A stretch of 64,000 bases of DNA, taken from contig OZ025783.1 in the NCBI GenBank assembly GCA_964019425.1, positions 310,001-374,000 on the forward strand, in the 5' to 3' direction. Source of the DNA: Flectonema sp. DT1601 (taxonomy: Eukaryota). Below, one piece after another: positions 24,801-36,800 of this stretch; position 1 is the stretch's first letter, and every line of letters starts with the position of its first letter. The translations under genes were made by a program, and so were the position numbers. The notes beneath the pieces were generated by a model. The model worked only from the letters and a program-made list of their open reading frames with translations, ran no database searches and was not told the DNA's origin.

Positions 24801-27800
24801 CTTAGTTCTGACATTTCCTTCTTAAGTTGCTCATGTTCTGCCCTCAACTTACCGAAAGCCTTCGACATCGAAAGGAACTCCTCAACATCTGGCTTCTCAT
24901 CAGAGGAACTGTTGGAAGAATCCGACTGGTGATCATCACCAACAGAAACAGGAGCAGCAGCAGCAGGCGAGTCTTCAGACTTCTCTTCACAAGGAAGTTC
25001 TGCTACCCGCAACTTCGCAAGCTCAACCATTTCACGAGCGATCAGGGCATCCGCCTCTGCTTCTCCCAACTCCTTCGATGCAGCTTCCATTCGGACATGA
25101 GCTTCCTTCACTTTCTGTGTCGCTTCAGCAGGAGAGAGAACAGGCAGGTGAGAAGTGTCCAACCTCGCCCTCAGCGCGGAGTTCTCACTCTTCAGGGCTT
25201 TTAACTCATCAACCTCCTCATCAGCACTTTCATCAATTTCAATGAAGTCACCCCGTCTGGTATCTAAAGCAACCTCACCCTCTTGGAAGTCTGTGGCAGC
25301 TTCTTCTTCAACAATCATAGCGTCGACAGGAACAGTACTCTCGTCAGAGTTGCCCTTCAACTTCCTGAGTTCTGCTTCAAGATTCTCCTTCTCATCTTTC
25401 AGGGTATTGTGTTCTGCCCTCAGCTTACCGAAAGCTTTGGAAAGAGAGAGGAGCTCCTCGGCATCGGCATCGGCATCAGATGAACTGCCATCGTGTTCAG
25501 ACACTTCTGACTTCGTAGTCGATGTGATGACTGCATTGTCTTCCTTGTTGTCATCATTTCTCTGATTCCTTGACGGTGAAGAGTCTTCCTCAATCAACAC
25601 AGTCTCTGAAGGACTTGTCGAATTCGGTTCCAACTTCGCAACTCGCATCTTTGCGAGCTCTTCTAATTCACGAGCAATCACAGCATCAGCTTCAACAGCT
25701 TCCAACTCCTTCGAAGCAGCTTCAATTCGAGCGTGTGCTTCCTTCACTTTTCGAGCAGCATCTGTTGGCGACAAACTCGGTACGTCTGAAGAATCTTCCA
25801 ACTTGCTCCTCAATTCAGCAACTTCAGTTTTGAGTGCCAAGAACTCTTCCTCATCAGGTGTTTCTTTATCAACATTATCCTTCAGGATATCAAGTTCACC
25901 CTCAACTTCATTGTACTTGTCTTTTAGAGAATCGTGTTCTGCCCTCAATTTACCGAAAGCCTTCGACATCGAAAGGAACTCCTCAACATCTGGCTTCTCA
26001 TCAGAGGAACTGTTGGAAGAATCCGACTGGTGATCATCACCAACAGAAACAGGAGCAGCAGCAGCAGGCAAGTCTTCAGACTTCTCTTCGCAAGGAAGTT
26101 CTGCTACCCGCAACTTCGCAAGCTCAACCATTTCACGAGCGATCAGGGCATCCGCCTCTGCTTCTCCCAACTCCTTCGATGCAGCTTCCATTCGGACATG
26201 AGCTTCCTTCACTTTCTGTGTCGCTTCAGCAGGAGAGAGAACAGGCAGGTGAGAAGTGTCTAACTTCGCCCTCAGCGCAGAGTTCTCACTCTTCAGGGCT
26301 TTTAACTCATCAACCACTTCCTCATCAGCACTTTCATCAATTTCAATGAAGTCACCCTGTCTGGTATCTAAAGCAACCTCACCCTCTTGGAAGTCTGTGG
26401 CAGCTTCTTCTTCAACAATCATAGTGTCGACAGGAACAGTACTCTCGTCAGTTAGATTAATAGAAACTCGTAAGTTGGTTAGATCTTCAATCTCACGAGC
26501 GATTACAGAATTGGATACATCAGATGGAAGTTCACTAACTGCAGTCGCTATTCGACTGTTACTTTCTTTGATACGAGCAGCAGCTTGTAACGGAGAAACG
26601 TATAATAAATTATCAACCAGTTCATCGACAGAGACTTCCGGTATCTCATCAGATGTTGCAACTGTCTTATGATCAATAATTTGTAATTTACTGAGTTGTG
26701 ACATTTCCTTAGCGATAACAGCATCAGACTCACTTGGGTCTAAGTACTCAACAGCAGCATCTATTCTATTACCCGCATCGTAGACTTTCTTTGCTGCTCC
26801 AGCAGGTGTTACTGGAGGTGACGCATCACCAGATACATCAAATAAAGAATCCATTCTGACATTCATTAATTCTTTCACTTCCTCAATCGCTACTTCATTA
26901 GCTTTATCTTCACCCAGTTCTTCTCTTGCGGAATCGATTCGAGCACCTGCTTTCTTAATTCTCTCGGCTGCCTCGAGTGGAGTTAATTGTATTTCACGAT
27001 TCGGAATAGAAGTGACATCTTCAGTCACTTGTAAGTCCGCGTTCTCCTTTTCTGAATTCCTTAGTTCTGACATTTCCTTCTTAAGTTGCTCATGTTCTGC
27101 CCTCAGCTTACCGAAAGCCTTCGATATCGAAAGGAACTCCTCAACATCTGGCTTCTCATCAGAGGAACTGTTGGAAGAATCCGACTGGTGATCATCACCA
27201 ACAGAAACAGGAGCAGTAGCAGGCAAGTCTTCAGACTTCTCTTCGCAAGGAAGTTCTGCTACCCGCAACTTCGCAAGCTCAACCATTTCACGAGCGATCA
27301 GGGCATCCGCCTCTGCTTCTCCCAACTCCTTCGATGCAGCTTCCATTCGGACATGAGCTTCCTTCACTTTCTGTGTCGCTTCAGCAGGAGAGAGAACAGG
27401 CAGGTGAGAAGTGTCCAACCTCGCCCTCAGCGCAGAGTTCTCACTCTTCAGAGCTTCTAACTCATCAACCTCCTCATCAGCACTTTCATCAATTTCAATG
27501 AAGTCACCCCGTCTGGTATCTAAAGCAACCTCACCCTCTTGGAAGTCTGTGGCAGCTTCTTCTTCAACAATCATAGTGTCGACAGGAACAGTACTCTCGT
27601 CAGAGTTGCCCTTCAACTTCCTGAGTTCTGCTTCAAGATTCTCCTTCTCATCTTTCAGGGTATTGTGTTCTGCCCTCAGCTTACCGAAAGCTTTGGAAAG
27701 AGAGAGGAGCTCCTCGGCATCTTGCTTCTCATCAGAGGAACTGTTGGAAGAATCCGACTGGTGATCATCACCAACAGAAACAGGAGCACCAGCAGCAGGC

Positions 27801-30800
27801 AAGTCTTCAGACTTCTCTTCGCAAGGAAGTTCTGCTACCCGCAACTTCGCAAGCTCAACCATTTCACGAGCGATCAGGGCATCCGCCTCTGCTTCTCCCA
27901 ACTCCTTCGATGCAGCTTCCATTCGGACATGAGCTTCCTTCACTTTCTGTGTCGCTTCAGCAGGAGAGAGAACAGGCAGGTGAGAAGTGTCCAACCTCGC
28001 CCTCAGCGCAGAGTTCTCACTCTTCAGAGCTTCTAACTCATCAACCTCCTCATCAGCACTTTCATCAATTTCAATGAAGTCACCCCGTCTGGTATCTAAA
28101 GCAACCTCACCCTCTTGGAAGTCTGTGGCAGCTTCTTCTTCAACAATCATAGTGTCGACAGGAACAGTACTCTCGTCAGAGTTGCCCTTCAACTTCCTGA
28201 GTTCTGCTTCAAGATTCTCCTTCTCATCTTTCAGGGCATTGTGTTCTGCCCTCAGCTTACCGAAAGCTTTGGAAAGAGAGAGGAGCTCCTCGGCATCTTG
28301 CTTCTCATCAGAGGAACTGTTGGAAGAATCCGACTGGTGATCATCACCAACAGAAACAGGAGCAGCAGCGGGAGAGTCTTCTGGCTTCTCTTCGCAAGGA
28401 AGTTCTGCTACCCGCAACTTCGCAAGCTCAACCATTTCACGAGCGATCAGGGCATCCGCCTCTGCTTCTCCCAACTCCTTCGATGCAGCTTCCATTCGGA
28501 CATGAGCTTCCTTCACTTTCTGTGTCGCTTCAGCAGGAGAGAGAACAGATTGATGAGACTTCTCATTCAACTTCTTCAGAGCAGCATTCTCAGACTTCAG
28601 TTGAAGGAAGTCTTCCCCATCGGGCTTCTCTTCATCAACATTGTCCTTTAGAATCTCCAGCTCAGCCTCGACATCATCGTATTTGTTCTTCAGAGCATCG
28701 TGTTCAGCTCGCAGTTGACCGCAAGCTTTAGAAAGAGAGAGGAGCTCCTCGGCATCGGCATCGTCATCAGATGAACTGCCATCGTGTTCAGACACTTCTG
28801 ACTTCGTAGTCGATGTGATGACTTCATTGTCTTCCTTGTTGTCATCATTTCTCTGATTCCTTGACGGTGAAGAGTCTTCCTCAATCAACACAGTCTCTGA
28901 AGGACTTGTCGAATTCGGTTCCAACTTCGCAACTCGCATCTTTGCAAGCTCTTCCATTTCACGTGCAATCACAGCATCAGCTTCAACAGCTTCCAACTCC
29001 TTCGAAGCAGCTTCAATTCGAGCGTGTGCTTCCTTCACTTTTCGAGCAGCATCTGTTGGCGACAAACTCGGTACGTCTGAAGAATCTTCCAACTTGCTCC
29101 TCAATTCAGCAACTTCAGCTTTGAGTGCCAAGAACTCTTCCTCATCAGGTGTTTCTTTATCAACATTATCCTTCAGGATATCAAGTTCACCCTCAACTTC
29201 ATTGTACTTGTCTTTCAGAGCATCGTGTTCTGCCCTCAATTTACCGAAAGCCTTCGACATCGAAAGGAACTCCTCAACATCTGGCTTCTCATCAGAGGAA
29301 CTGTTGGAAGAATCCGACTGGTGATCATCACCAACAGAAACAGGAGCACCAGCAGCAGGCGAGTCTTCAGACTTCTCTTCGCAAGGAAGTTCTGCTACCC
29401 GCAACTTCGCAAGCTCAACCATTTCACGAGCGATCAGGGCATCCGCCTCTGCTTCTCCCAACTCCTTCGATGCAGCTTCCATTCGGACATGAGCTTCCTT
29501 CACTTTCTGTGTCGCTTCAGCAGGAGAGAGAACAGGCAGGTGAGAAGTGTCCAACCTCGCCCTCAGCGCAGAGTTCTCACTCTTCAGGGCTTTTAACTCA
29601 TCAACCACTTCCTCATCAGCACTTTCATCAATTTCAATGAAGTCACCCTGTCTGGTATCTAAAGCAACCTCACCCTCTTGGAAGTCTGTGGCAGCTTCTT
29701 CTTCAACAATCATAGTGTCGACAGGAACAGTACTCTCGTCAGAGTTGCCCTTCAACTTCCTGAGTTCTGCTTCAAGATTCTCCTTCTCATCTTTCAGGGT
29801 ATTGTGTTCTGCCCTCAGCTTACCGAAAGCTTTGGAAAGAGAGAGGAGCTCCTCGGCATCGTCATCGTCATCAGATGAACTGCCATCGTGTTCAGACACT
29901 TCTGACTTCGTAGTCGATGTGATGACTTCATTGTCTTCCTTGTTGTCATCATTTCTCTGATTCCTTGACGGTGAAGAGTCTTCCTCAATCAACACAGTCT
30001 CTGAAGGACTTGTCGAATTCGGTTCCAACTTCGCAACTCGCATCTTTGCGAGCTCTTCCATTTCACGTGCAATCACAGCATCAGCTTCAACAGCTTCCAA
30101 CTCCTTCGAAGCAGCTTCAATTCGAGCGTGCGCTTCCTTCACTTTTCGAGCAGCATCTGTTGGCGACAAACTCGGTACGTCTGAAGAATCTTCCAACTTG
30201 CTCCTCAATTCAGCAACTTCAGCTTTGAGTGCCAAGAACTCTTCCTCATCAGGTGTTTCTTTATCAACATTATCCTTCAGGATATCAAGTTCACCCTCAA
30301 CTTCATTGTACTTGTCTTTCAGAGCATCGTGTTCTGCCCTCAATTTACCGAAAGCCTTCGACATCGAAAGGAACTCCTCAACATCTGGCTTCTCATCAGA
30401 GGAACTGTTGGAAGAATCCGACTGGTGATCATCACCAACAGAAACAGGAGCACCAGCAGCAGGCGAGTCTTCAGACTTCTCTTCGCAAGGAAGTTCTGCT
30501 ACCCGCAACTTCGCAAGCTCAACCATTTCACGAGCGATCAGGGCATCCGCCTCTGCTTCTCCCAACTCCTTCGATGCAGCTTCCATTCGGACATGAGCTT
30601 CCTTCACTTTCTGTGTCGCTTCAGCAGGAGAGAGAACAGGCAGGTGAGAAGTGTCCAACCTCGCCCTCAGCGCAGAGTTCTCACTCTTCAGGGCTTCCAA
30701 CTCATCAACCACCTCCTCATCACCACTTTCATCAATTTCAATGAAGTCACCCCGTCTGGTATCTAAAGCAACCTCACCCTCTTGGAAGTCTGTGGCAGCT

Positions 30801-33800
30801 TCTTCTTCAACAATCATAGTGTCGACAGGAACAGTACTCTCGTCAGAGTTGCCCTTCAACTTCCTGAGTTCTGCTTCAAGATTCTCCTTCTCATCTTTCA
30901 GGGTATTGTGTTCTGCCCTCAGCTTACCGAAAGCTTTGGAAAGAGAGAGGAGCTCCTCGGCATCATCAGAACCAGCAATGTTGAGATTGCAAGAGGAGTC
31001 TGATTGGTGACCACCCATATCACTTTCGTTATTACCAATCAAAGGAATAGTAACTTGTGATGAGCTGATGATGTCTGGTTGTTGAGCTCCAAGACTTTGA
31101 ACTCTAAGACGAGCCAACTCTTCTAACTCACGAGCTATGACAGCATCACTTTCTGACTGTTGAAGTTTTGCAGCAGCTGCCTGCATTCTGTCGTGTGCTT
31201 GTTGGACTTTAGCTGCTGCTGCTGACGGTGATAGTGGAGGTGATTGGAATTCACTTTGTTTTGATTCTTGATCAGAATAATCTAAATCATGTTTTTGATT
31301 TGATAAATATTTTAAGTCAACCTCACTATCATGTCCTACCAGTGGCGAGTGAGACTGTGAACGAACAGAACGAAGTTCATCTTCAGTTGCCTTAAGTAAT
31401 CCTTTAAGAGCACTTTGTTCTGTATTAGTAGAGTCTTGACGTTGTCTGTAAGTATTCGATTGTGAATCACTTGAACAGAACTTTGATAGGTCATCAAGTT
31501 CACGTAATATGATTGAGTTGACTTCTGGTTTAGTTAAGTTGTTGTTCGCAACTTGAATCCTTTCTTGTGATAATTGAAGTCTTTCGATGACGTCATTAAC
31601 ATCAATATCAGAATCAGCATAAACAATAACAGATCCTCTCAAATTAGTAACATCCTCTTGTAGCTGTTGAATGTGACTAACCGAAGCTTGCAGAACTCCT
31701 TTCATTGATTTTTGATCACTTCTAAGAACGTTAACAACATCTTCACTACCTGATCCGTCTCGTAATTGTGATTCTAGTTGTGAGTTCTTAGCTTCCAATT
31801 CATTTATAATATGATTCTGTTGTTTAATAGAGTACTCTGGATTAGAACTATTCAGAAGGTCATTAATTCTATTGAGTTTAGATTGTAAGATGTCGTTGGT
31901 TGCTTTTAAATTGGTTGGACTGCTGTCAGAGAATCCTTCCAATTTTAGTTTTGCAATTTCTTCGGTTTGTTTTGCGAGTCTTGCGGTAGCCTCAGCGTCC
32001 ATTAAGGTTTTTTCAGCATCTCTAATCCGATCGTTTGCTTCAGTGAGACGAATATCTGCTTCTGAAGGCGATTGCATGCAATCACTGCTAGCAGCTGCGA
32101 GTCTCACCTGGGCTGCGTCGTCCATTTGCTGAGCCATAAGAGCGTCAGACTTCGCTTTATCAAGTTGTTTAATTGCCGCTTCAACATTAGCCTGTGACTC
32201 TTGAACTTGTTTCGCTGCTTCAGTTGGTGTGTCTTTAGATGTATGAAATCCGATGAGATCTTTAAGTTGCTCATTTTCAGCCAGGGCGGCAAACAACTCT
32301 GATTTTAGTCGACTCACGTCTTGTTTAATAGTTTTCATTTTCTCATCTCTTAATTTAATAATTTTGAGTGGATCACAAGGTTCATCATCGTACTCCCCTT
32401 CTGAAGAATCAGAACCATCACTTCCAATATCTCTAATCTGACGTGATAGTGATAAGGCATTCTCAATAGATGATAGCCTGTTTTTGAGATCTTTATTTTC
32501 AAGTATGAGCATTGAATCTACCGGACTTTTTGACTTCATTGTTTCATAGTCTGCAGCCAATTTTGAATAATCACTTTTTAAATTATCGTAGTCAGTTGGT
32601 TGGTTGTAATCTCTGTTGGTATCTTGTGAGGTGTCTGAAGTTAGATTCCGCAGCCTGTCTACCTCTTTTCGAAGATTTTGGTTTTCGCAAACTGAATTGA
32701 GGGTGGCTTCAGCTGTTGAATCGAAGTTGTCACCCAAACCTAAATGAGAATTTACATCCGACAAGATTTTACTCAGATTGTCATTTTCTGTTTCGAGATC
32801 TTTCATTTTCTCGTCTCTGAGTCTAATAATCTTCTCAGGAGCTTTATTAGAAGGAGTTCCTAAATATTGACACTCACTGTCGTAACTGTCACTGTCACTG
32901 TCATCAGATGGCTGCAACATTTTATTTATTGAAGCCAGACGAGAATGTAAATTCTTATTTTCCAAGTTGAGTTGTCCAATCGTCTTCTGGAATGGGATGA
33001 CTTCATCACTGTCGGTCTGGGAATCTGTTTTCTGTTGCATACCTTTTAGTTCATTCCTAATAACTTCATCAGCCTCTTGCTTAGGAAGGGTTTGGATCGC
33101 CGCTTCAATTCGTTTTTGAGCAGCTTCAACAGACGAACGACTTTCCGAAGGTGAGAGTCCTTGCTGTGCTGCCACCTTCTGAAGTTCCTTCTCGATGGCT
33201 TTGCTCTTGTTGCGTTCATCAGCTGACTGAATGCGGTCACATGCAGACGATACTTCAGTTGATGTGAGAGGGGCAACAGAACCACGCAATTGACGTACTT
33301 CATCCTCAGCAGCACGCAACTCAGACTTCAACTTTTCGTATTCCTTGATAGGGATGACGTCTTGACCAGCAAGCTGTCGCAGCTCTCTTTGAATTACTTC
33401 ATCAGCTTCGTGCTTGGGAAGGCTACGCTTTGCTTCTTCAATGCGAGCCTGTGCAGCCTTGACTGCCGTCTTGCTCTGAGAAGGTGACAACCCTTGGAGA
33501 GTTGCAAGTTTCTGAAGTTCCTCGTTGAGAACTTTGTCAGCTTCACGCTGAGGAAGGTTCTGACTTGCTTCTTGAATACGTTGCTGTGATGACTCTACTG
33601 AAGATGATAACTGAGAAGGTGTCAGGTCACCATGACGTGCTCCCATCGCTTGTAATTCCTTTCGGATCACTTCGTCAGCTTCATGTTGAGGAAGGTTCTG
33701 TATCGCCGCTTCAATTCGTTTTTGAGCAGCTTCAACAGACGAACGACTTTCCGAAGGTGAGAGTCCTTGCTGTGCTGCCACCTTCTGAAGTTCCTTCTCG

Positions 33801-36800
33801 ATGGCTTTGCTCTTGTTGCGTTCATCAGCTGACTGAATGCGGTCACATGCAGACGATACTTCAGTTGATGTGAGAGGGGCAACAGAACCACGCAATTGAC
33901 GTACTTCATCCTCAGCAGCACGCAACTCAGACTTCAACTTTTCGTATTCCTTGATAGGGATGACGTCTTGACCAGCAAGCTGTCGCAGCTCTCTTTGAAT
34001 TACTTCATCAGCTTCGTGCTTGGGAAGGCTACGCTTTGCTTCTTCAATGCGAGCCTGTGCAGCCTTGACTGCCGTCTTGCTCTGAGAAGGTGACAACCCT
34101 TGGAGAGTTGCAAGTTTCTGAAGTTCCTCGTTGAGAACTTTGTCAGCTTCACGCTGAGGAAGATTCTGACTTGCTTCTTGAATACGTTGCTGTGATGACT
34201 CTACTGAAGATGATAACTGAGAAGGTGTCAGGTCACCATGACGTGCTCCCATCGCTTGTAATTCCTTTCGGATCACTTCGTCAGCTTCATGTTGAGGAAG
34301 GTTCTGTATCGCCGCTTCAATTCGTTTTTGAGCAGCTTCAACAGACGAACGACTTTCCGAAGGTGATAGTCCTTGCTGTGCTGCCACCTTCTGAAGTTCC
34401 TTCTCGATGGCTTTGCTCTTGTTGCGTTCATCAGCTGACTGAATGCGGTCACATGCAGACGATACTTCAGTTGATGTGAGAGGGGCAACAGAACCACGCA
34501 ATTGACGTACTTCATCTTCAGCAGCACGCAACTCAGACTTCAACTTTTCGTATTCCTTGATAGGGATGACGTCTTGACCAGCAAGCTGTCGCAGCTCTCT
34601 TTGAATTACTTCATCAGCTTCGTGCTTGGGAAGGCTACGCTTTGCTTCTTCAATGCGAGCCTGTGCAGCCTTGACTGCCGTCTTGCTCTGAGAAGGTGAC
34701 AACCCTTGGAGAGTTGCAAGTTTCTGAAGTTCCTCGTTGAGAACTTTGTCAGCTTCACGCTGAGGAAGGTTCTGACTTGCTTCTTGAATACGTTGCTGTG
34801 ATGACTCTACTGAAGATGATAACTGAGAAGGTGTCAGGTCACCATGACGTGCTCCCATCGCTTGTAATTCCTTTCGGATCACTTCGTCAGCTTCATGCTG
34901 AGGAAGGTTCTGTATCGCCGCTTCAATTCGTTTTTGAGCAGCTTCAACAGACGAACGACTTTCCGAAGGTGAGAGTCCTTGCTGTGCTGCCACCTTCTGA
35001 AGTTCCTTCTCGATGGCTTTGCTCTTGTTGCGTCCATCAGCTGACTGAATGCGGTCACATGCAGACGATACTTCAGTTGATGTGAGAGGGGCAACAGAAC
35101 CACGCAATTGACGTACTTCATCTTCAGCAGCACGCAACTCAGACTTCAACTTTTCGTATTCCTTGATAGGGATGACGTCTTGACCAGCAAGCTGTCGCAG
35201 CTCTCTTTGAATTACTTCATCAGCTTCGTGCTTGGGAAGGCTACGCTTTGCTTCTTCAATGCGAGCCTGTGCAGCCTTGACTGCCGTCTTGCTCTGAGAA
35301 GGTGACAACCCTTGGAGAGTTGCAAGTTTCTGAAGTTCCTCGTTGAGAACTTTGTCAGCTTCACGCTGAGGAAGATTCTGACTTGCTTCTTGAATACGTT
35401 GCTGTGATGACTCTACTGAAGATGATAACTGAGAAGGTGTCAGGTCACCATGACGTGCTCCCATCGCTTGTAATTCCTTTCGGATCACTTCGTCAGCTTC
35501 ATGTTGAGGAAGGTTCTGTATCGCCGCTTCAATTTGTTTTTGAGCAGCTTCAACAGACGAACGACTTTCCGAAGGTGAGAGTCCTTGCTGTGCTGCCACC
35601 TTCTGAAGTTCCTTCTCGATGGCTTTGCTCTTGTTGCGTCCATCAGCTGACTGAATGCGGTCACATGCAGACGATACTTCAGATGATGTGAGAGGGGCAA
35701 CAGAACCACGCAATTGACGTACTTCATCCTCAGCAGCACGCAACTCAGACTTCAACTTTTCGTATTCCTTGATAGGGATGACGTCTTGACCAGCAAGCTG
35801 TCGCAGCTCTCTTTGAATTACTTCATCCGCTTCGTGCTTGGGAAGGCTACGCTTTGCTTCTTCAATGCGAGCCTGTGCAGCCTTGACTGCCGTCTTGCTC
35901 TGAGAAGGTGACAACCCTTGGAGAGTTGCAAGTTTCTGAAGTTCCTCGTTGAGAACTTTGTCAGCTTCACGCTGAGGAAGGTTCTGACTTGCTTCTTGAA
36001 TACGTTGCTGTGATGACTCTACTGAAGATGATAACTGAGAAGGTGTCAGGTCACTATGACGTGCTCCCATCGCTTGTAATTCCTTTCGGATCACTTCGTC
36101 AGCTTCATGTTGAGGAAGGTTCTGTATCGCCGCTTCAATTCGTTTTTGAGCAGCTTCAACAGACGAACGACTTTCCGAAGGTGAGAGTCCTTGCTGTGCT
36201 GCCACCTTCTGAAGTTCCTTCTCGATGGCTTTGCTCTTGTTGCGTCCATCAGCTGACTGAATGCGGTCACATGCAGACGATACTTCAGATGATGTGAGAG
36301 GGGCAACAGAACCACGCAATTGACGTACTTCATCCTCAGCAGCACGCAACTCAGACTTCAACTTTTCGTATTCCTTGATAGGGATGACGTCTTGACCAGC
36401 AAGCTGTCGCAGCTCTCTTTGAATTACTTCATCAGCTTCGTGCTTGGAAAGGCTACGCTTTGCTTCTTCAATGCGAGCCTGTGCAGCCTTGACTGCCGTC
36501 TTGCTCTGAGAAGGTGACAACCCTTGGAGAGTTGCAAGTTTCTGAAGTTCCTCGTTGAGAACTTTGTCAGCTTCACGCTGAGGAAGATTCTGACTTGCTT
36601 CTTGAATACGTTGCTGTGATGACTCTACTGAAGATGATAACTGAGAAGGTGTCAGGTCACCATGACGTGCTCCCATCGCTTGTAATTCCTTTCGGATCAC
36701 TTCGTCAGCTTCATGTTGAGGAAGGTTCTGTATCGCCGCTTCAATTCGTTTTTGAGCAGCTTCAACAGACGAACGACTTTCCGAAGGTGAGAGTCCTTGC

